Position numbers and translations under genes: made by a program
Source of the DNA: Eledone cirrhosa
Taxonomy: Eukaryota
Reading direction: 5' to 3'
Length of the DNA: 64,000 bases
NCBI GenBank assembly: GCA_964016885.1
Contig: OZ024743.1
Location: 221,588,001-221,652,000 of the forward strand
Shown: piece by piece, positions 12,000 through 26,642 of the stretch
How the letters are laid out: the number at the start of each line of letters is the position of its first letter
How positions within the stretch are numbered: position 1 is the stretch's first letter
The notes under the pieces: model-generated
Seen by the model: the letters and a program-made list of their open reading frames with translations, nothing else
Told to the model about the DNA's origin: nothing
The model's database searches: none

Positions 12000-12873
12000 G
12001 TTCAGAGATGTGAAGAAATACCACAACGTATTATGGCCTGAACTGTTTCATTATTTATCGACCTCCAAAAAGAAGAAATGCAAAGATGACCCTGCCGGGA
12101 TTTTAAACTCAACATGAAGATAGCCGGAATAAATATCGAAGCATTTTCCCCGGCGCTCTAACGACTCTGCCATTCACCATTATAAATCAAATATTAAAAT
12201 ATATATTTTGTTTTAAATTAAAGAGTATCGCAAACAGTTAATTCGTATGTAATGTATGATAAATAAAAACTCGAAACCTTAAGCGTCTTGATATAATACT
12301 AGTCATGTGATACACACCACTGGTAAAACAAACTGTTCGGCTGCCGCGTTCTTCGATTGTTTTTTTATTCTTTCGTTTTTATGACAGACTCGGGTCCCTC
12401 ACGACACAACAGATTTACAGACTACCTTTATCCCAGCACTTGCACAAATTTCTATATTATGTTGTTCTATTTTTTTAAATATACGTTATCTGTGTTCAAC
12501 TTCTGTATTTTATTTTTCAGTTCTACCAAACAAATTTGAATGGATGTACCGTATTAATACAAATCATTTCAATTGTAAACTCTATTCCATTCTACTTTAC
12601 TCCATTCCATTTCAGTCCATTCCATTCTATTCTTATATACATCACAATAAATCGCTTAGTCTTTTCAATGTCACAATACCTGGAGTTATCTTAATGCAAA
12701 GTAATGTCTCGGCCTTTTAAAGCTTTCTTATGCAATATATTTATGTGTGTGTGAGTCTGTGAGTCTGTGTGTCTGTGAGTCTGTGTGTTTGTGTGAGTGT
12801 GCATTTTCTGTCTTCAGGGAAACTTTAACCGATTTTCTCAACAATTATACATGGGTTGGAATGCATACATTCG

Positions 12874-12980
<107 letters not shown>

Positions 12981-12987
12981 TACATAC

Positions 12988-13024
<37 letters not shown>

Positions 13025-13737
13025 CATATAAAAACCATTAGATCGGGAATAAATTCGAACCCTCTCAGTAGTATAATAATGTAATTCTTTGAAACTGTCT
13101 CAGAGGCAAACTTACCATTTTTCAGACATCAGCCGAATGTCATCATTATTCTCCTCAAGAATAAAATTCCAATTAACCTTAGTTATAAACGAACGTGTTC
13201 CTATTAGATTTTAAGATTCAATAAGGAAATTAAATCAACTTTGAAAATATCTGAAAACCTTCTAAAGACTGTAGAATTATAGACTTATAAAACATCATAA
13301 TCACTTTTGAATGCATCTTAATTTGTATCGCTATGTTCCAGAGCTGGAGGTCTCTCTCTCAATCTAAGCAGTTTACATACGTCTAATCATTTCATATAAT
13401 TTACCTTCAGGAGAAAATTCAATTTACTTGCGTTTACTTCGAAAAGTTCTAAATAGAATTTACTCAGTGTTATTACTGTGAGATAACCTGCAGTGAACGA
13501 ATTCTAGAAACATAAATCTTGAAAGAATCTGTTTCTGAAGTGAACGATATTGTGACCAAATATTTAGAATAACTCAACATAGGCTGGATTCCCATTCGGC
13601 TAGCAATGGTTTAACCATATCTAATTTAGTAACACAACCTGATTAGCCAACGTTATTTGGAAATTGTCCAGTCATGCAGAGTTGTTGTTCATTCAAACAT
13701 ATCCTGGTATGAGGGATTTATTAAGGATTGTATGGAG

Positions 13738-14132
13738 CAGAAGTTCCCAAACTTTTATAGGACTACCACTCCATTTTAGAGAATAAATCTCATCGGTACT
13801 ACCCCATTTTTCTAAAGTTGATAAAAAAAAAGTTGATTAAAAAAATTTGAAATACACTAAAAATATTTTGTTTAATTTTATTTAAACATTTATTGAATAA
13901 CTAAAGGTGATAGTTTTTCCCAGCAATAATAATTTACATTCTTTGCTCCTTTCTTCACGCACCACCCTTTGCTTCCCAACGACACCCCTGTCTCCTCCTT
14001 GTCTTCTAATGATTACCCTACCATTCCCTGTCTTCCAGTAACATTCCTACTATCCCTTTGCATTCCAGTGCTCCTCGGAAGTTTACAGGCGCCCCCACAG
14101 GGGTGTGGTTGAACCTATTCTGGGAATCACTG
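13738..14132. mobile_element. hAT-type MITE
   Basis: TIRs CAGAAGTTCCCA / TGGGAATCACTG. The 8-bp flanks gtatggag and gtttagag match at 6/8. Degenerate ~30-bp subterminal repeats are present. Confidence 0.7.
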
Positions 14133-15531
14133 GTTTAGAGGAATGTGTTGAGATACAGCTTGAATGTTTTTGAATGGTGCATTTCTGTGGTAGTTTGAGA
14201 GTAGTGCTGAACTACACTAAACTGACGTGAAGAAATTAGGGCGTGTAGCAGAATTTTACTAAAGATCAGATGAACTGAAGTAATTGTAATATATTATCAC
14301 TTCATTGGAATAATACTTATGGAATAATTCCATCAATGAAATTATAATCATAAAAATAATAATGACTTCAGAATTAAGCACAACATTCTTCGCCAGATGT
14401 CTTAAATATAATTCTTATCAACAGAATATTGCGGGATATAAAACTATATTCTGTTGACCAACTAGTGATAGCTGTGCAACAATAGTATTAGAACACACTG
14501 TTATGAACACTAGCAGAAAAATCACCCTTCGGGCGGTTTTCTGCTAGCATGTGTAGTGTGTATATTGATATTATACGCAGGTATATATACATGTAGATAT
14601 GATACATCAAATAAAATCGTAATTGACAATATATAATACATATAAATTGAACGAAGACTGCGTTACACGTCTTATTTAATCAGTAACGTAATCCATGATA
14701 CATTAAAAGAGACGATATTATATATAAACTGCATTAGGAGAAAATTAGTGACAGAAAATTAGTATGTTTATTTAAGCGAGGACCAACCGGAAGTGTTGAC
14801 ATTTCAGAAATTTTAAAGAAGTGAATCTTTAAATGAACAAAATATATTTAATCAACAGTCACGAAATTTAGTAGATAAATTATGTAATATTCATTCATTA
14901 TTTATTCAAAGTAATCAAACTTATTTTACTAAAGGGATAAAAAATTATAAACCGTACGCAGTCCCGCGCTCCTTACTTTATTATAGTTTAGATTGTAAAA
15001 AATGAAATTCCCAACCCCCGGCAAACGACACTGTGAGATGGCTTCAGACATTTTAATTCGCCAATAATCATGACTTAGTGGTTAAGATATTCGACGCATA
15101 ATCATAAATCTATGAATTCTATTTCCAGATGTGCGTTGGCTGTGTCCTTGAGCAAGACACATTCTTTCCACTCAGCTGCCAAAATAATTAGTTGTTCCAG
15201 CTAAACTTTCATAGGTATGGGGGAAAAAATGTAATTTTTTCTCTTTTCTATTTCGGATGTCTGAAATTCTGAGGGTAGTAAATATAATTGTATGTCTGTC
15301 TAAGACATGGAATATGCTACATAACATTTCACATGCAGAGTAATTGAGATATATACGATAGTGAATAGGTTTCAAATTTACAGATGAATGAACAGAACGG
15401 GTAAAGTGACAGCTCCTTCAGATTGAAATGGGAACAATATATTGATATATATCAACATAGACATAACATTTCACTTCGTTGTATTCGACATATGACACAA
15501 GGGAATCAATAAGGCTAAGTACTTTTATTAT

Positions 15532-15590
<59 letters not shown>

Positions 15591-15601
15591 CATATATGTA
15601 T

Positions 15602-16386
<785 letters not shown>

Positions 16387-16711
16387 TTATACATATATAT
16401 ATATCTACATACATATACATATATGTACATACATATATATGTATACATATATATATATATATGTATACATATGTATATCTACATATATATATATATATAT
16501 ATATGTTGTTATACTTGGGGAGGGTCATATTTGTGTAATATTGCCAGAATTAATAACAGAACACAATCAATGTATGGTTGGTTTTCGCTTCTCGCTTCTG
16601 TGTCTTTTATATCGGTAATCTAATATACTCGGTCCTCAATGTTGCCATTGACTGACCGACGGTCAAAAATAATACAGATACAATATAGACACAAACACAT
16701 ATATATAGTTT

Positions 16712-16753
16712 ATCATAAATCTTTCGTTGCACATCTGCAAAATCGTCAGTGGT
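16712..16753 (-). ncRNA. Hammerhead ribozyme in PLE 3' region
   Basis: ACCA-CTGACGA-TT-TTGCA-GATG-TGCAA-C-GAAA-GATTTA-TGAT, in the same orientation as the PLE ORF. Confidence 0.65.
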
Positions 16754-17003
16754 GCTATATTTTCCTCCTGTTGTGTTGTATGTCTACGCCATTTTTATTC
16801 AGTCTGTCTATATATTTATTTATTTATTTGCTTGTTTGTTTATTTTATTTTGTCTTCTTTGCGCATGCGTTTGCGTGTGTGTATAGTGTTTTGTTTGCTG
16901 TGTGATGGGTGACTAGTGTGTGTTTATGTGCTTGTTGTTATTGTGCTTGTGTATGTATTTATTTATTTATTTATTTATTTATTTATTTTATTTTATTTAC
17001 TTA

Positions 17004-18130
17004 TTTATACTTCTCTTAGGTCAGTGTTGTTTGTTTGGGTGTTGTTGTTATTCCATTCATTCTTTCTGTTTAGCCTTGGTCTTCTAATTTCTATTTCACT
17101 GGCCTCTCTGATTTGCCTATCTGCTGGGTCATTTCTATGTTTAGATATTATGCTAATTTCTATGTTGTCTATGTTACCGTCATGTTGTTGTCTAGCATGT
17201 TCTTATAGTACTGACCCATTTTTTCGTCCTTTTAGTTCCCCCCAGTGTTGGTCTATCCTTTCACCTATGCTACGAGATGTCTCACCTATGTATGTTGTTG
17301 TCATGTTTATGCAAGTACCCTCTGTACATCGTATGCTATAGACTACGTTTCTAGTTTTACAGTTTATCCGGGGGTTCACCTTACATATGATACATTTCCT
17401 ATTGGTACAGTGGGTTTTGTTAAAAGGGTAGGTTTTGCTGATCAGGGATTTTATGGTGGTTCCTGGCTTTTCTACCACCTTTATTTTCAAGTGGGTTTTA
17501 CTCAGGGCCTTTCTACACTGGTTAGCTAATTTCCCTCCAGGGGTAGCGTCCACAAACATGACACTCTGATATCTCTGGTTGTCGTACCATAAGGTGGCTT
17601 TCCCTATCTTATGTCTAGCCCTATCTAAGCTATTCCATGATTTGCTCCTGTATAATGGGCAAATTCCTTTCATGTCCAGTTCTATGAGGGTCTTATACTT
17701 CTCCATGGCTCCTTCGTATACTCTGACTCTGTCTCTTTGGTTGTAGCCAGAGAACTGCATGCGGTTGATGAAGTGTTGGATGTTTCTTTCCATTTCTGTT
17801 GGGTCGCACATGCGGGACACATTCTTCATCACTCGTGCCAAATCTGCGATCAGAATATTAAGCTTAGCACTACTGGACATTGCTGAGTTTTTGAGTATCA
17901 GGTATTTAGAGGCCATGGGTTTAGCATAGTGTGAGTGAAGAATTTGGGCTCTCTCGTCTATAGTGTTAATCCAGAGTTCTGTGTCTAATACAGGTAGTCT
18001 ATTGTTAGGGTGTTTGGAAGGGAAGTCGATAGTTACAGTTATACTCTGGTGTATGGAATTAGCTATCTGCTGGATGCTTTCCATCGTGCTACGTTCTAAA
18101 TCAAACTTGTTAGTGCTCTCTAGTGGGGGT
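17004..18130 (-). pseudogene. PLE RT-thumb plus GIY-YIG ORF remnant with one premature TAA
   Basis: The frame continues past TAA at 17203-17205 as EHARQQHDGN...RQIREASEIEIRRPRLNRKNEW. The N-terminus of the listed 397-aa ORF is microsatellite and inverted-repeat read-through. Confidence 0.85.
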
Positions 18131-18244
18131 GTTCTGTTATTAATTCTGGCAATATTACACAAATATGACCCTCCCCAAGTATAACAATATTTGTTTCGAC
18201 ACACGATTTCATATAAAAAACCTCGCAAAACTAATTCATCGCCG

Positions 18245-18327
<83 letters not shown>

Positions 18328-18512
18328 TATGTGCATGTGTGCGTGTGTGTGAACACGCAGATAACTGTGTGTGTGTGCAGTGGAAGAGGGCTTCACACTG
18401 GTACGAAATGGTATTTCATCGAATAGATAATCAATAGGGGAATGATATTATTTATCGCGAATCTTCTGGATAAATATTATTATTCCCCTATTGATATAAA
18501 TAATATATATAT

Positions 18513-18697
18513 ATAGGAAAAAAAGTATGACCCCCCAACGGCAGAGCTCAAGCTGTTTTGACGGCTATTTCTGGACGAAACGGCTTGAGCTCTGCCGTTG
18601 GGGTCATACTTTTTTCCTATTTCCCAATCTACTACCCTAAGTATTGAGTACTTTGGTGCGTTATGGTCCATCTGGTTCCTTACCACAATTCCTTTGT
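18513..18697 (+). mobile_element. Short asymmetric fold-back element (same family as 47150-47353)
   Basis: Inverted arms 18513-18620, then a tail containing CTACTACCCTAAGTATTGAGTACT..GGTGCGTTATGGTCCA. Flanked by TA repeats. Confidence 0.7.
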
Positions 18698-18724
18698 TAT
18701 ATATATATATATATATATATACAT

Positions 18725-18766
<42 letters not shown>

Positions 18767-18769
18767 ATA

Positions 18770-18841
18770 TAGGGTGCGACAGGAAAACCTCCCATATTTG
18801 ACACGTTCAACTCTTAAAATGTGGGAGGTATATTTGCCGCG

Positions 18842-18846
<5 letters not shown>
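18770..18846. mobile_element. Tiny Tc1/mariner-like MITE
   Basis: About 30-bp imperfect TIRs AGGGTGCGACAGGAAAACCTCCCATATTT / AAATGTGGGAGGTATATTTGCCGCGCCCT, with TA flanks. Confidence 0.65.
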
Positions 18847-18909
<63 letters not shown>

Positions 18910-19214
18910 TCTATATTGATTACATATTGAGGGCTCTTTCCTTACAACCATATATTCAATCATCGGTGACAGTTCAATAACTGAAGAGAATACAGAATAT
19001 TGATACTTTACAACTGATATGACATCTGGTGATTGATTGACTTTCAGCATAAAAATGATATGCTATAACAAAAATAGTTAATTTCAATAACATATATATG
19101 TGTGTGTGTGTGTGCGTGGAGAGAGAGAAGAAGTTGGAGTGAGTGATCGACAAAGAGATAGAGATGAGGGGGAACAAAAATTGCACGTATCTGCCAATTG
19201 TTTATATATATATA

Positions 19215-19703
19215 TGTCAAGTCGCTCTCGAGTGCTACTGGTAACATCTAACCCAGTACAACCTGTCTCATGGTCGGATCGTCGGTGACTAAACCGGCAA
19301 CCCCACCAAGCTTGCTTGGTTAGGAGGGTGATATTTGGTGACCCTGCGGGATGAAATACAAGACCCGGCAAAGGGTGGAGGTACTCGACAGAGTCAACGG
19401 CCAACCAAATAGTACTTTTTTTTTCACCTGGGAGTCACAACACCTTTCTAGGAGAGGGAAACTGAAAAAAAAAACTTGCGGCTTCGGAAGCATTTGATGA
19501 TGTTGACAAGTTTTCCTTTTCGGGTAGTATTTTCGATGCTCAGAGAGTGGGTTTGGTCGAGTGCAAGGCCTTTCCCCACTTAAAAAACATTCAAAGCACA
19601 GGCATTGCTTGCTCACGTTCGTGTGGCTGGCTGTAGCCTAAAGTTGCACCATTTTCTGTAATCTGACAAGCGATTGCAATAATCTTAGCAGCGTTTGCAG
19701 CCA

Positions 19704-19707
<4 letters not shown>
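19215..19707 (+). mobile_element. Probable non-autonomous RTE-related element
   Basis: GC-richer block between (TA)n tracts. Its 3' end GCAGCCACCAT resembles GCAGCCATCAT at the 3' end of 62140-62552. Confidence 0.35.
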
Positions 19708-19771
<64 letters not shown>

Positions 19772-19933
19772 ATGTGTGTGTGTATGTGTGTGTGTGTATG
19801 TGTGTGTGTCTGTGTGTGTGTGTGTGAAGCGTTTGCGGTGCGGAAATTGGGTAGACCGTAGATCAGGGTAGAGATCTTTGTATGTTTTGGAGCAGAGTTG
19901 ATACAGTAGTTGTTAAAATTGAATTTTACCAAT

Positions 19934-19998
<65 letters not shown>

Positions 19999-20679
19999 TC
20001 TGTTGTACAATGACGAAAAAAAAATAGAATTTTACCAGAAAGAAACATTGTACTTAAACACTTATTGAGTTGTTAAGTTGTGAGACAATACTTTTGAGAC
20101 AATTCTCATTCAACTCTACATCAAAATTAAAATGAAGACATGAAGATTCTCCTCAATTGTAATTTATAAACAAAAAAATCGAAACCAATTAAGAAATGTT
20201 TTCTTATCTCTTCCATTATTTTATTTTATTTTGTTTTACTGTTTTTTTTTACTTTTGTTTCTTTTTCCGGACAATCTTAAAATTTTTAATATTTCGCTTC
20301 ATTTATTCCAATTAACAAGTTAATAATATCAAATATTGAGCAGAAAAACAGTTTTTACACCGCAAATATTTATACTGAATTCAAGTTCATATTAATTACA
20401 GCATACACACACACACAAATAACACACATGCACATCACACACACAACATCACACACACACACACATACACACACATATACTACAATCAAGATCATAATTA
20501 AATCACATACACACAAAAATATAATAATTAAAACGAATTAATGAACCATTCACTGAAATTGTTCCTTCTTGTGTTTATTGGGTGATAAGGTTGTGTGGTA
20601 GAATTGATATAATTATATTTAGTTATACTAGTTAAGAGGGTTTAATTTAATACTAAATAATAAAGAGTCTTGGGTATTG

Positions 20680-21100
20680 ACCTAAAGAAGACGATCGCGA
20701 ATACAAGCCTCCAAATGGGATTCCTCCGAAAGGTCTTTGGAGTAACGTTACTTGATAAAGTGCGTAGCTCGGAGATCAGAGAGTCACTCCAGGTAGATCT
20801 GCTACTTCTCTGAATTGAGAGATCTCAGCTTTGATACTAGGAGCAAGTGGTTAGAATGTCGCAGGAAAGAATCACTGGACAGATTTTATGGGCAAGACCA
20901 ATTGGCAAGAGACCCAGGAGTATATCCGGAGCAAGATGGTTGGATAACATCCATGAGCTTGGCTGGTCACATTTGGGGATCCAGCTGGATCAGTTGGAGA
21001 CAGTTGCTTCTGACAGGACCCACTGGTAGGAGTGTTTGAGGACTCTGCCCCCATGACTCTCTCAGGAATAAGTGGGCGCAGGAGAAGAAAAAGAAGATAA
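20680..21100 (+). pseudogene. RTE-clade LINE 3' fragment
   Basis: Translation with stops gives MGFLRKVFGVTLLDKVRSSEIRESL...VVRMSQERI...GKRPR...RWLDNI...ASDRTHW, followed by a GAA-rich tail. Confidence 0.8.
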
Positions 21101-21324
21101 TAACAATTTCTTTTAATGGTTCAGATGCTGTGATCCCGGGTGCTCCAGCAAAACTGTTGGTAGGGGTTGAAACTGCCAAGGTCCATCTCAACGACCGATG
21201 AACTTTGAGTTCTCTGTCCTTTATATATATTTTTTTTAATATTTTTTAAAGGTTTCCCCTCTACTACCCAAGTATTGAGTACACTGTTGAGTAATGGTAT
21301 AGATAGTTTTAAACTGGTTCTATC

Positions 21325-21355
<31 letters not shown>

Positions 21356-21531
21356 TTCAGGTAGACGCGGTCCATCATCCACTGTTCTAAAAAAATATAT
21401 CATACACAAAACGCCAGAATCAACAGTTTTCCAAGAGATGTCAACTTGAATGGACCTGTTATTTTTATCTAAAGACATTTTTTCCAATTCCACCCCGCCT
21501 GTCCCTTCACTCTATCTTATTTCTCATTCTT

Positions 21532-21567
21532 TCTTCTGATGAAGGACTAGCGTCCGAAACGTTAAGA
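21532..21567 (+). ncRNA. Minimal hammerhead ribozyme in a ~140-bp repeat (second copy ~61460-61620)
   Basis: TCTT-CTGATGA-A-GGAC-TAGC-GTCC-GAAA-CGTT-AAGA, with stem I TCTT/AAGA and a palindromic stem III. Confidence 0.75.
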
Positions 21568-21669
21568 CCCTCTTCCGGCTATTCCAAGCGTTAACCTAAT
21601 ATATTCCTTCCATATACTGTACCGATTTTGTTTACCTTTTACATATATATATATACACACACACACAAA

Positions 21670-21949
21670 TTTCAGCAAATTTCAATAATATTAAGACACG
21701 CTAATGGGGGTTAAACCCCCTATAGGGAAGGTCTTGGAAGCCCATAACTTGAGTATTGGAACCTCTATTATCACGGGGTTTTTTAATTAATTAAACGTAA
21801 ATCAATTATCGTAAAATTTTGCTAATTTAGACATTTTATCTATGGCAAAACATCGCTAAAATTATGACAATAAAAGTTATCAACAAAAGTCATCATTTTC
21901 TTACAAAAAAAATGTGTGAAACGCAGCAGGGCGTGGGTAATTCGGCTAG
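21670..21949 (+). mobile_element. Possible Helitron 3' end
   Basis: GC-rich degenerate hairpin cgcagcagggcgtggg followed by taattcggCTAGt. The left boundary is unknown. Confidence 0.45.
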
Positions 21950-22026
21950 TATATATAGTTAACACGAACCATTGTGAGATAAGTAGTAAGACATTCAGGA
22001 AGCCGGTACAATGCGGACAATATATC

Positions 22027-22064
<38 letters not shown>

Positions 22065-22424
22065 TGTGTGAAGATGGTATTGGTGTGAAGGATGACAAAT
22101 GAAACAAAATGTAATAATGTTTTTTATCCAGTATTTTTCATCATATTTGGAGTTAAAAAGTTCCTTTTAGATGTGTATTATGGAAAACAATGAATATACT
22201 GTAGGTTAAATAATTCTAAAGATTTTTAGTATTTGCTACATAAGAATTATTTGGAAACAAAACATGAAGGGTTTTCTGAAAACATTAAAATGTTTTCAAT
22301 AACATATATATGTGTGTTTGTAAGTATGTATGTATGTATGTATGTATGTATGTATGTATGTATGTATGTATGTATGTATGTATGTATGTATGTATGTATC
22401 TATGTATAGGTATATATATATGCG

Positions 22425-22456
<32 letters not shown>

Positions 22457-22492
22457 TATGTATGCGTACGTATATATATATATATAAATATA

Positions 22493-22574
<82 letters not shown>

Positions 22575-22859
22575 TATACATATATATATATTATATATAT
22601 ACATACATATATATATTATATATATACATACATATATATATATATATATATATTTGTGTGAGTTGTACCTAAGCATACGTGTATGACGTCTCTAAAACCG
22701 TTCTTTATAGCATTTCTATAGAATCTTATGTAATATAATACAATGGAAGTTCTCTATCGAAGACAAATATCTCTATCTAGTAACCATTGGCAAATTTACT
22801 GACTGCAGTTCATTATACAATAGAACTGATCAGAATGTGTATTGTGATGGTGTGATAAT

Positions 22860-23040
22860 ATAATTGTTTCTACTTTTGGCACAAGGCCAGCAATTATACC
22901 AGTGTATTACTGGTACTTTATTTTATCGACCCCGTAAGGATGAAAGGCAAAGTTAACCTCGGCGGGATTTGGACTCAGTCTGTAAAGGGACGTAACTGTG
23001 CTGCAAAGAATGGCGTCAGACCTTCTACCGATACTGCCAA
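22860..23040 (-). mobile_element. SINE family A
   Basis: Family core and tail. Confidence 0.85.
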
Positions 23041-23149
23041 GATAATATAATAGTGTGGTGGTGTTGATGATGTTGATGTGTAGCGCGGTGATAGTGATAC
23101 TGCTAGTCGGGTTGATGTTGGTGTTGATGTTGGGCAAACAGGGAAAATG

Positions 23150-23480
23150 ATGGCTTGTTGTAGTGGTAGTGATGGCCATGGTGGTGGTGGGGTGGCGGGG
23201 TGGCTTGTTGTAGTGGTAGTGATGGCCATGGTGGTGGTGGGGTGGCGGGGTGGCTTGTTGTAGTGGTAGTGATGGCCATGGTGGTGGTGGGGTGGTGGGG
23301 TGGCTTGTTGTAGTGGTAGTGATGGCCATGGTGGTGGTGGGGTGGTGGGGTGGCTTGTTGTAGTGGTAGTGATGGCCATGGTGGTGGTGGTGGTGGGGTG
23401 GTGGCTTGTTGTAGTGGTAGTGATGGCCATGGTGGTGGTGGGGTGGTGGGGTGGCTTGTTGTAGTGGTAGTGATGGCCAT
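23150..23480. repeat. 60-bp G-rich minisatellite (~5.5 copies)
   Basis: Unit TGGCTTGTTGTAGTGGTAGTGATGGCCATGGTGGTGGTGGGGTGGCGGGG(..). Re-counting this unit gives 50 bp (copies start at 23151, 23201, 23251, 23301), so it is better described as ~50-bp, ~6.5 copies. Confidence 0.85.
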
Positions 23481-23569
23481 GGTGGTGGGGGTAGTGGGGG
23501 AGGGGTTGTAGTGGTATTGATGACCATAGTGGAGTGGTGGGGTGGTGGCTTGTTGTGATATTGATGGCG

Positions 23570-26500
23570 GGGTGGTGGTGGTGTAGTGTACTGATATTGA
23601 TGGTGGTGGTGGAGATGATGGTGGTGTAGTATACCGATTTTGATGGTGGTGGTGGTGGTGATGGTGGTGGCGGTGATGGTGGTGTAGTGTACCGATATTG
23701 ATGGTGGTGGTGGTGGTGGTGGTGTAGTGTACCGATTTTGATGGCGGTGGTGGAGATGATGGTGGTGTAGTGTACCGATTTTGATGGTGGTGGTGGTGGT
23801 GGTGGTGATGGTGGTGGCGGTGATGGTGGTGTAGTGTACTGATATTGATGATGGTGGTGGTGGTGCTGGTGGTGGTGTAGTGTACTGATATTGATAGACG
23901 TGGTGGTGGTGTAGTGTACTGATATTGATGGAGGTGGTGGTGGTGCTGGTGGTGTAGTGTACTAATAGTGATGGTGGTGGTGGTGGTGGTGTAGTGTACT
24001 GATATTGATGGCGGTGGTGGAGATGAGGGTGGTGTAGTGTACCGATTTTGATGGTGGTGGTGGTGGTGATGGTGGCGGTGGTGATGGTGGTGTAGTGTAC
24101 CGATATTGATGATGGTGGTGGTGGTGGTGTAGTGTAATGATATTTATGGTGGTGGTGGTGGTGATGGTGTAGTGTACTGATATTGATGGTGGTGGTGGTG
24201 TAGTGTACTGATATTGATGGTGGTGGTGGTGTAGTGTACTGATATTGATGGTGGTGGTGGTGGCGTGGTGTAGTGTACTGATATTGAAGGTGGTGGTGGT
24301 GGTGGTGGTGGTGGTGTAGTGTACTGATATTGATGATGGTGGTGGTGGTGGTGGTGGTGTAGTGTACTAATATTGATGGCGGTAGTGGTGGTGGTGGTGG
24401 TGTAGTGTAGTGATATTGATGGTGGTGGTGGTGGTGGTGGTGGTGGTGGTGGTGGTGGTGGTGTAGTGTACTGATATTGATGATGGTGGTGGTGGTGGTG
24501 GTGGTGTAGTGTACTAATATTGATGGCGGTAGTGGTGGTGGTGGTGGTGTAGTGTAGTGATATTGATGGTGGTGGTGGTGGTGGTGGTGTAGTGTACTGA
24601 TATTGATGGAGGTGGTGGTGGTGGTGGTGGTGTAGTGTAGTAATATTGATGGTGGTGGTGGTGGTGGTGTGGTGTAGTGTACTGATATTGATGGTGGTGG
24701 TGGTGTAGTGTACTGATATTGATGGTGGTGGTGGTGTAGTGTACTGATATTGATGGAGGTGGTGGTGGTGTGGTGTAGTGTACTGATATTGATGGAGGTG
24801 GTGGTGGTGTGGTGTAGTGTACTGATATTGATGGAGGTGGTGGTGGTGTGGTGTAGTGTACTGATATTGATGGAGGTGGTGGTGGTGGTGGTGTAGTGTA
24901 CTGATATTGATGGTGGTGGTGGTGGTGTGGTCTAGTGTACTGATATTGATGGTGGTGGTAGTGGTGTAGTGTAGTGATATTGATGGTGGTGGTGGTGGTG
25001 GTGGTGTAGTGTACTGATATTGATGGAGGTGGTGGTGGTGGTGGTGGTGTAGTGTAGTGATATTGATGGTGGTGGTGGTGGTGGTGGTGGTGGTGTAGTG
25101 TACTGATATTGATGGAGGTGGTGGTGGTGGTGGTGGTGTAGTGTAGTGATATTGATGGTGGTGGTGGTGGTGGTGGTGGTGTAGTGTACTGATATTGATG
25201 GAGGTGGTGGTGGTGGTGGTGGTGTAGTGTAGTGATATTGATGGTGGTGGTGGTGGGTGGTGGTGGTGGTGGTGGTGGTGTAGTGTACTGATATTGATGG
25301 AGGTGGTGGTGGTGGTGGTGGTGTAGTGTACTGATATTGATGGTGGTGGTGGTGGTGTGGTGTAGTGTACTGATATTGATGGTGGTGGTGGTGGTGTAGT
25401 GTAGTGATATTGATGGTGGTGGTGGTGGTGGTGGTGGTGGTGTAGTGTACTGATATTGATGGAGGTGGTGGTGGTGGTGGTGGTGTAGTGTAGTCATATT
25501 GATGGTGGTGGTGGTGGTGGTGGTGGTGTAGTGTACTGATATTGATGGAGGTGGTGGTGGTGGTGGTGGTGTAGTGTACTGATATTGATGGTGGTGGTGG
25601 TGGTGTGGTGTAGTGTACTGATATTGATGGTGGTGGTGGTGGTGTAGTGTAGTGATATTGATGGTGGTGGTGGTGGTGGTGGTGTAGTGTACTGATATTG
25701 ATGGAGGTGGTGGTGGTGGTGGTGGTGTAGTGTAGTGATATTGATGGTGGTGGTGGTGGTGGTGGTGGTGGTGTAGTGTACTGATATTGATGGAGGTGGT
25801 GGTGGTGGTGGTGGTGGTGTAGTGTAGTGATATTGATGGTGGTGGTGGTGGTGGTGTAGTGTACTGATATTGATAGAGGTGGTGGTGGTGGTGTAGTGTA
25901 GTGATATTGATGGTGGTGGTGGTGGTGGTGGTGGTGTAGTGTACTGATATTGATGGAGGGGTTGGTGGTGGTGGTGGTGTAGTGTAGTGATATTGATGGT
26001 GGTGGTGGTGTAGTGTACTAATATTGATGGCGGTGGTGGTGAAGGTGGTGTAGTGTATTGATATTGATGGAGGTGGTGGTGGTGGTGGTGTAGTGTACTG
26101 ATATTGATGGCGGTGGTGGTGGTGGTGTAGTGTACTAATATTGATGGCGGTGGTGGTGGTGGTGGTGTAGTGTACTGATATTGATGGAGATGGTGGTGGT
26201 GTGGTGTAGTGTACTGATATTGATGGTGGTGGTGTGGTGTAGTGTACTGATATTGATGGAGATGGTGGTGGTGATGGTGTAGTGTACTAATATTGATGGT
26301 GGCGGCGGTGGTGGTGGTGTAGTGTACTGATATTGATGGTGGTGGTGGTGGTGGTGGTGTAGTGTACTAATATTGATGGCGGTGGTGGTGAAGGTGGTGT
26401 AGTGTATTGATATTGATGGTGGTTGTGGTGAAGGTGGTGGTGTAGGGTGCTGATATTGATGGTGGTGGTGGTGGTGGTGGTGGTGGTGGTGGTGGTGGTG

Positions 26501-26642
26501 GTGTAGTGTATTAATATTGATGGCGGTGGTGATGAAGGTGGTGTAGTGTATTGATATTGATGGTGGTGGTGGTGATGGTGGTGGTGTAGTGTACTCATAT
26601 TGATGGTGGTGGTGGTGTAGTGTACTAATATTGATGGTGGTG
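23570..26642. repeat. Variable-length minisatellite: (GGT)n + GTAGTGTACTGATATTGAT
   Basis: A fixed ~19-bp core alternates with GGT runs of variable length. Confidence 0.95.

Larger units (their letters stand above)
16504..18245 (-). mobile_element. 5'-truncated Penelope-like element with inverted terminal segment, in (TA)n
   Basis: RT C-terminal/thumb region (LPVLDTELW, HYAKPMAS) and GIY-YIG domain (NVVYSIRC...YIGETSRSIGERIDQH). Inverted repeat 16506-16562 / 18131-18187. Confidence 0.9.

Noticed and set aside
14780-14800. ETS-like CCGGAAGT promoter motif
   Set aside because: A single short motif with no CpG-rich context or identifiable downstream exon.
17203-17205. Programmed read-through or selenocysteine in the PLE ORF
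   Set aside because: The codon is TAA, not TGA, and the copy is truncated. A simple nonsense mutation is more likely.
18188-18245. HHR-like GCGATGA...GAAAC on the minus strand
   Set aside because: The core is mismatched, the stems are unconvincing, and it is antisense to the inverted pseudo-LTR segment.
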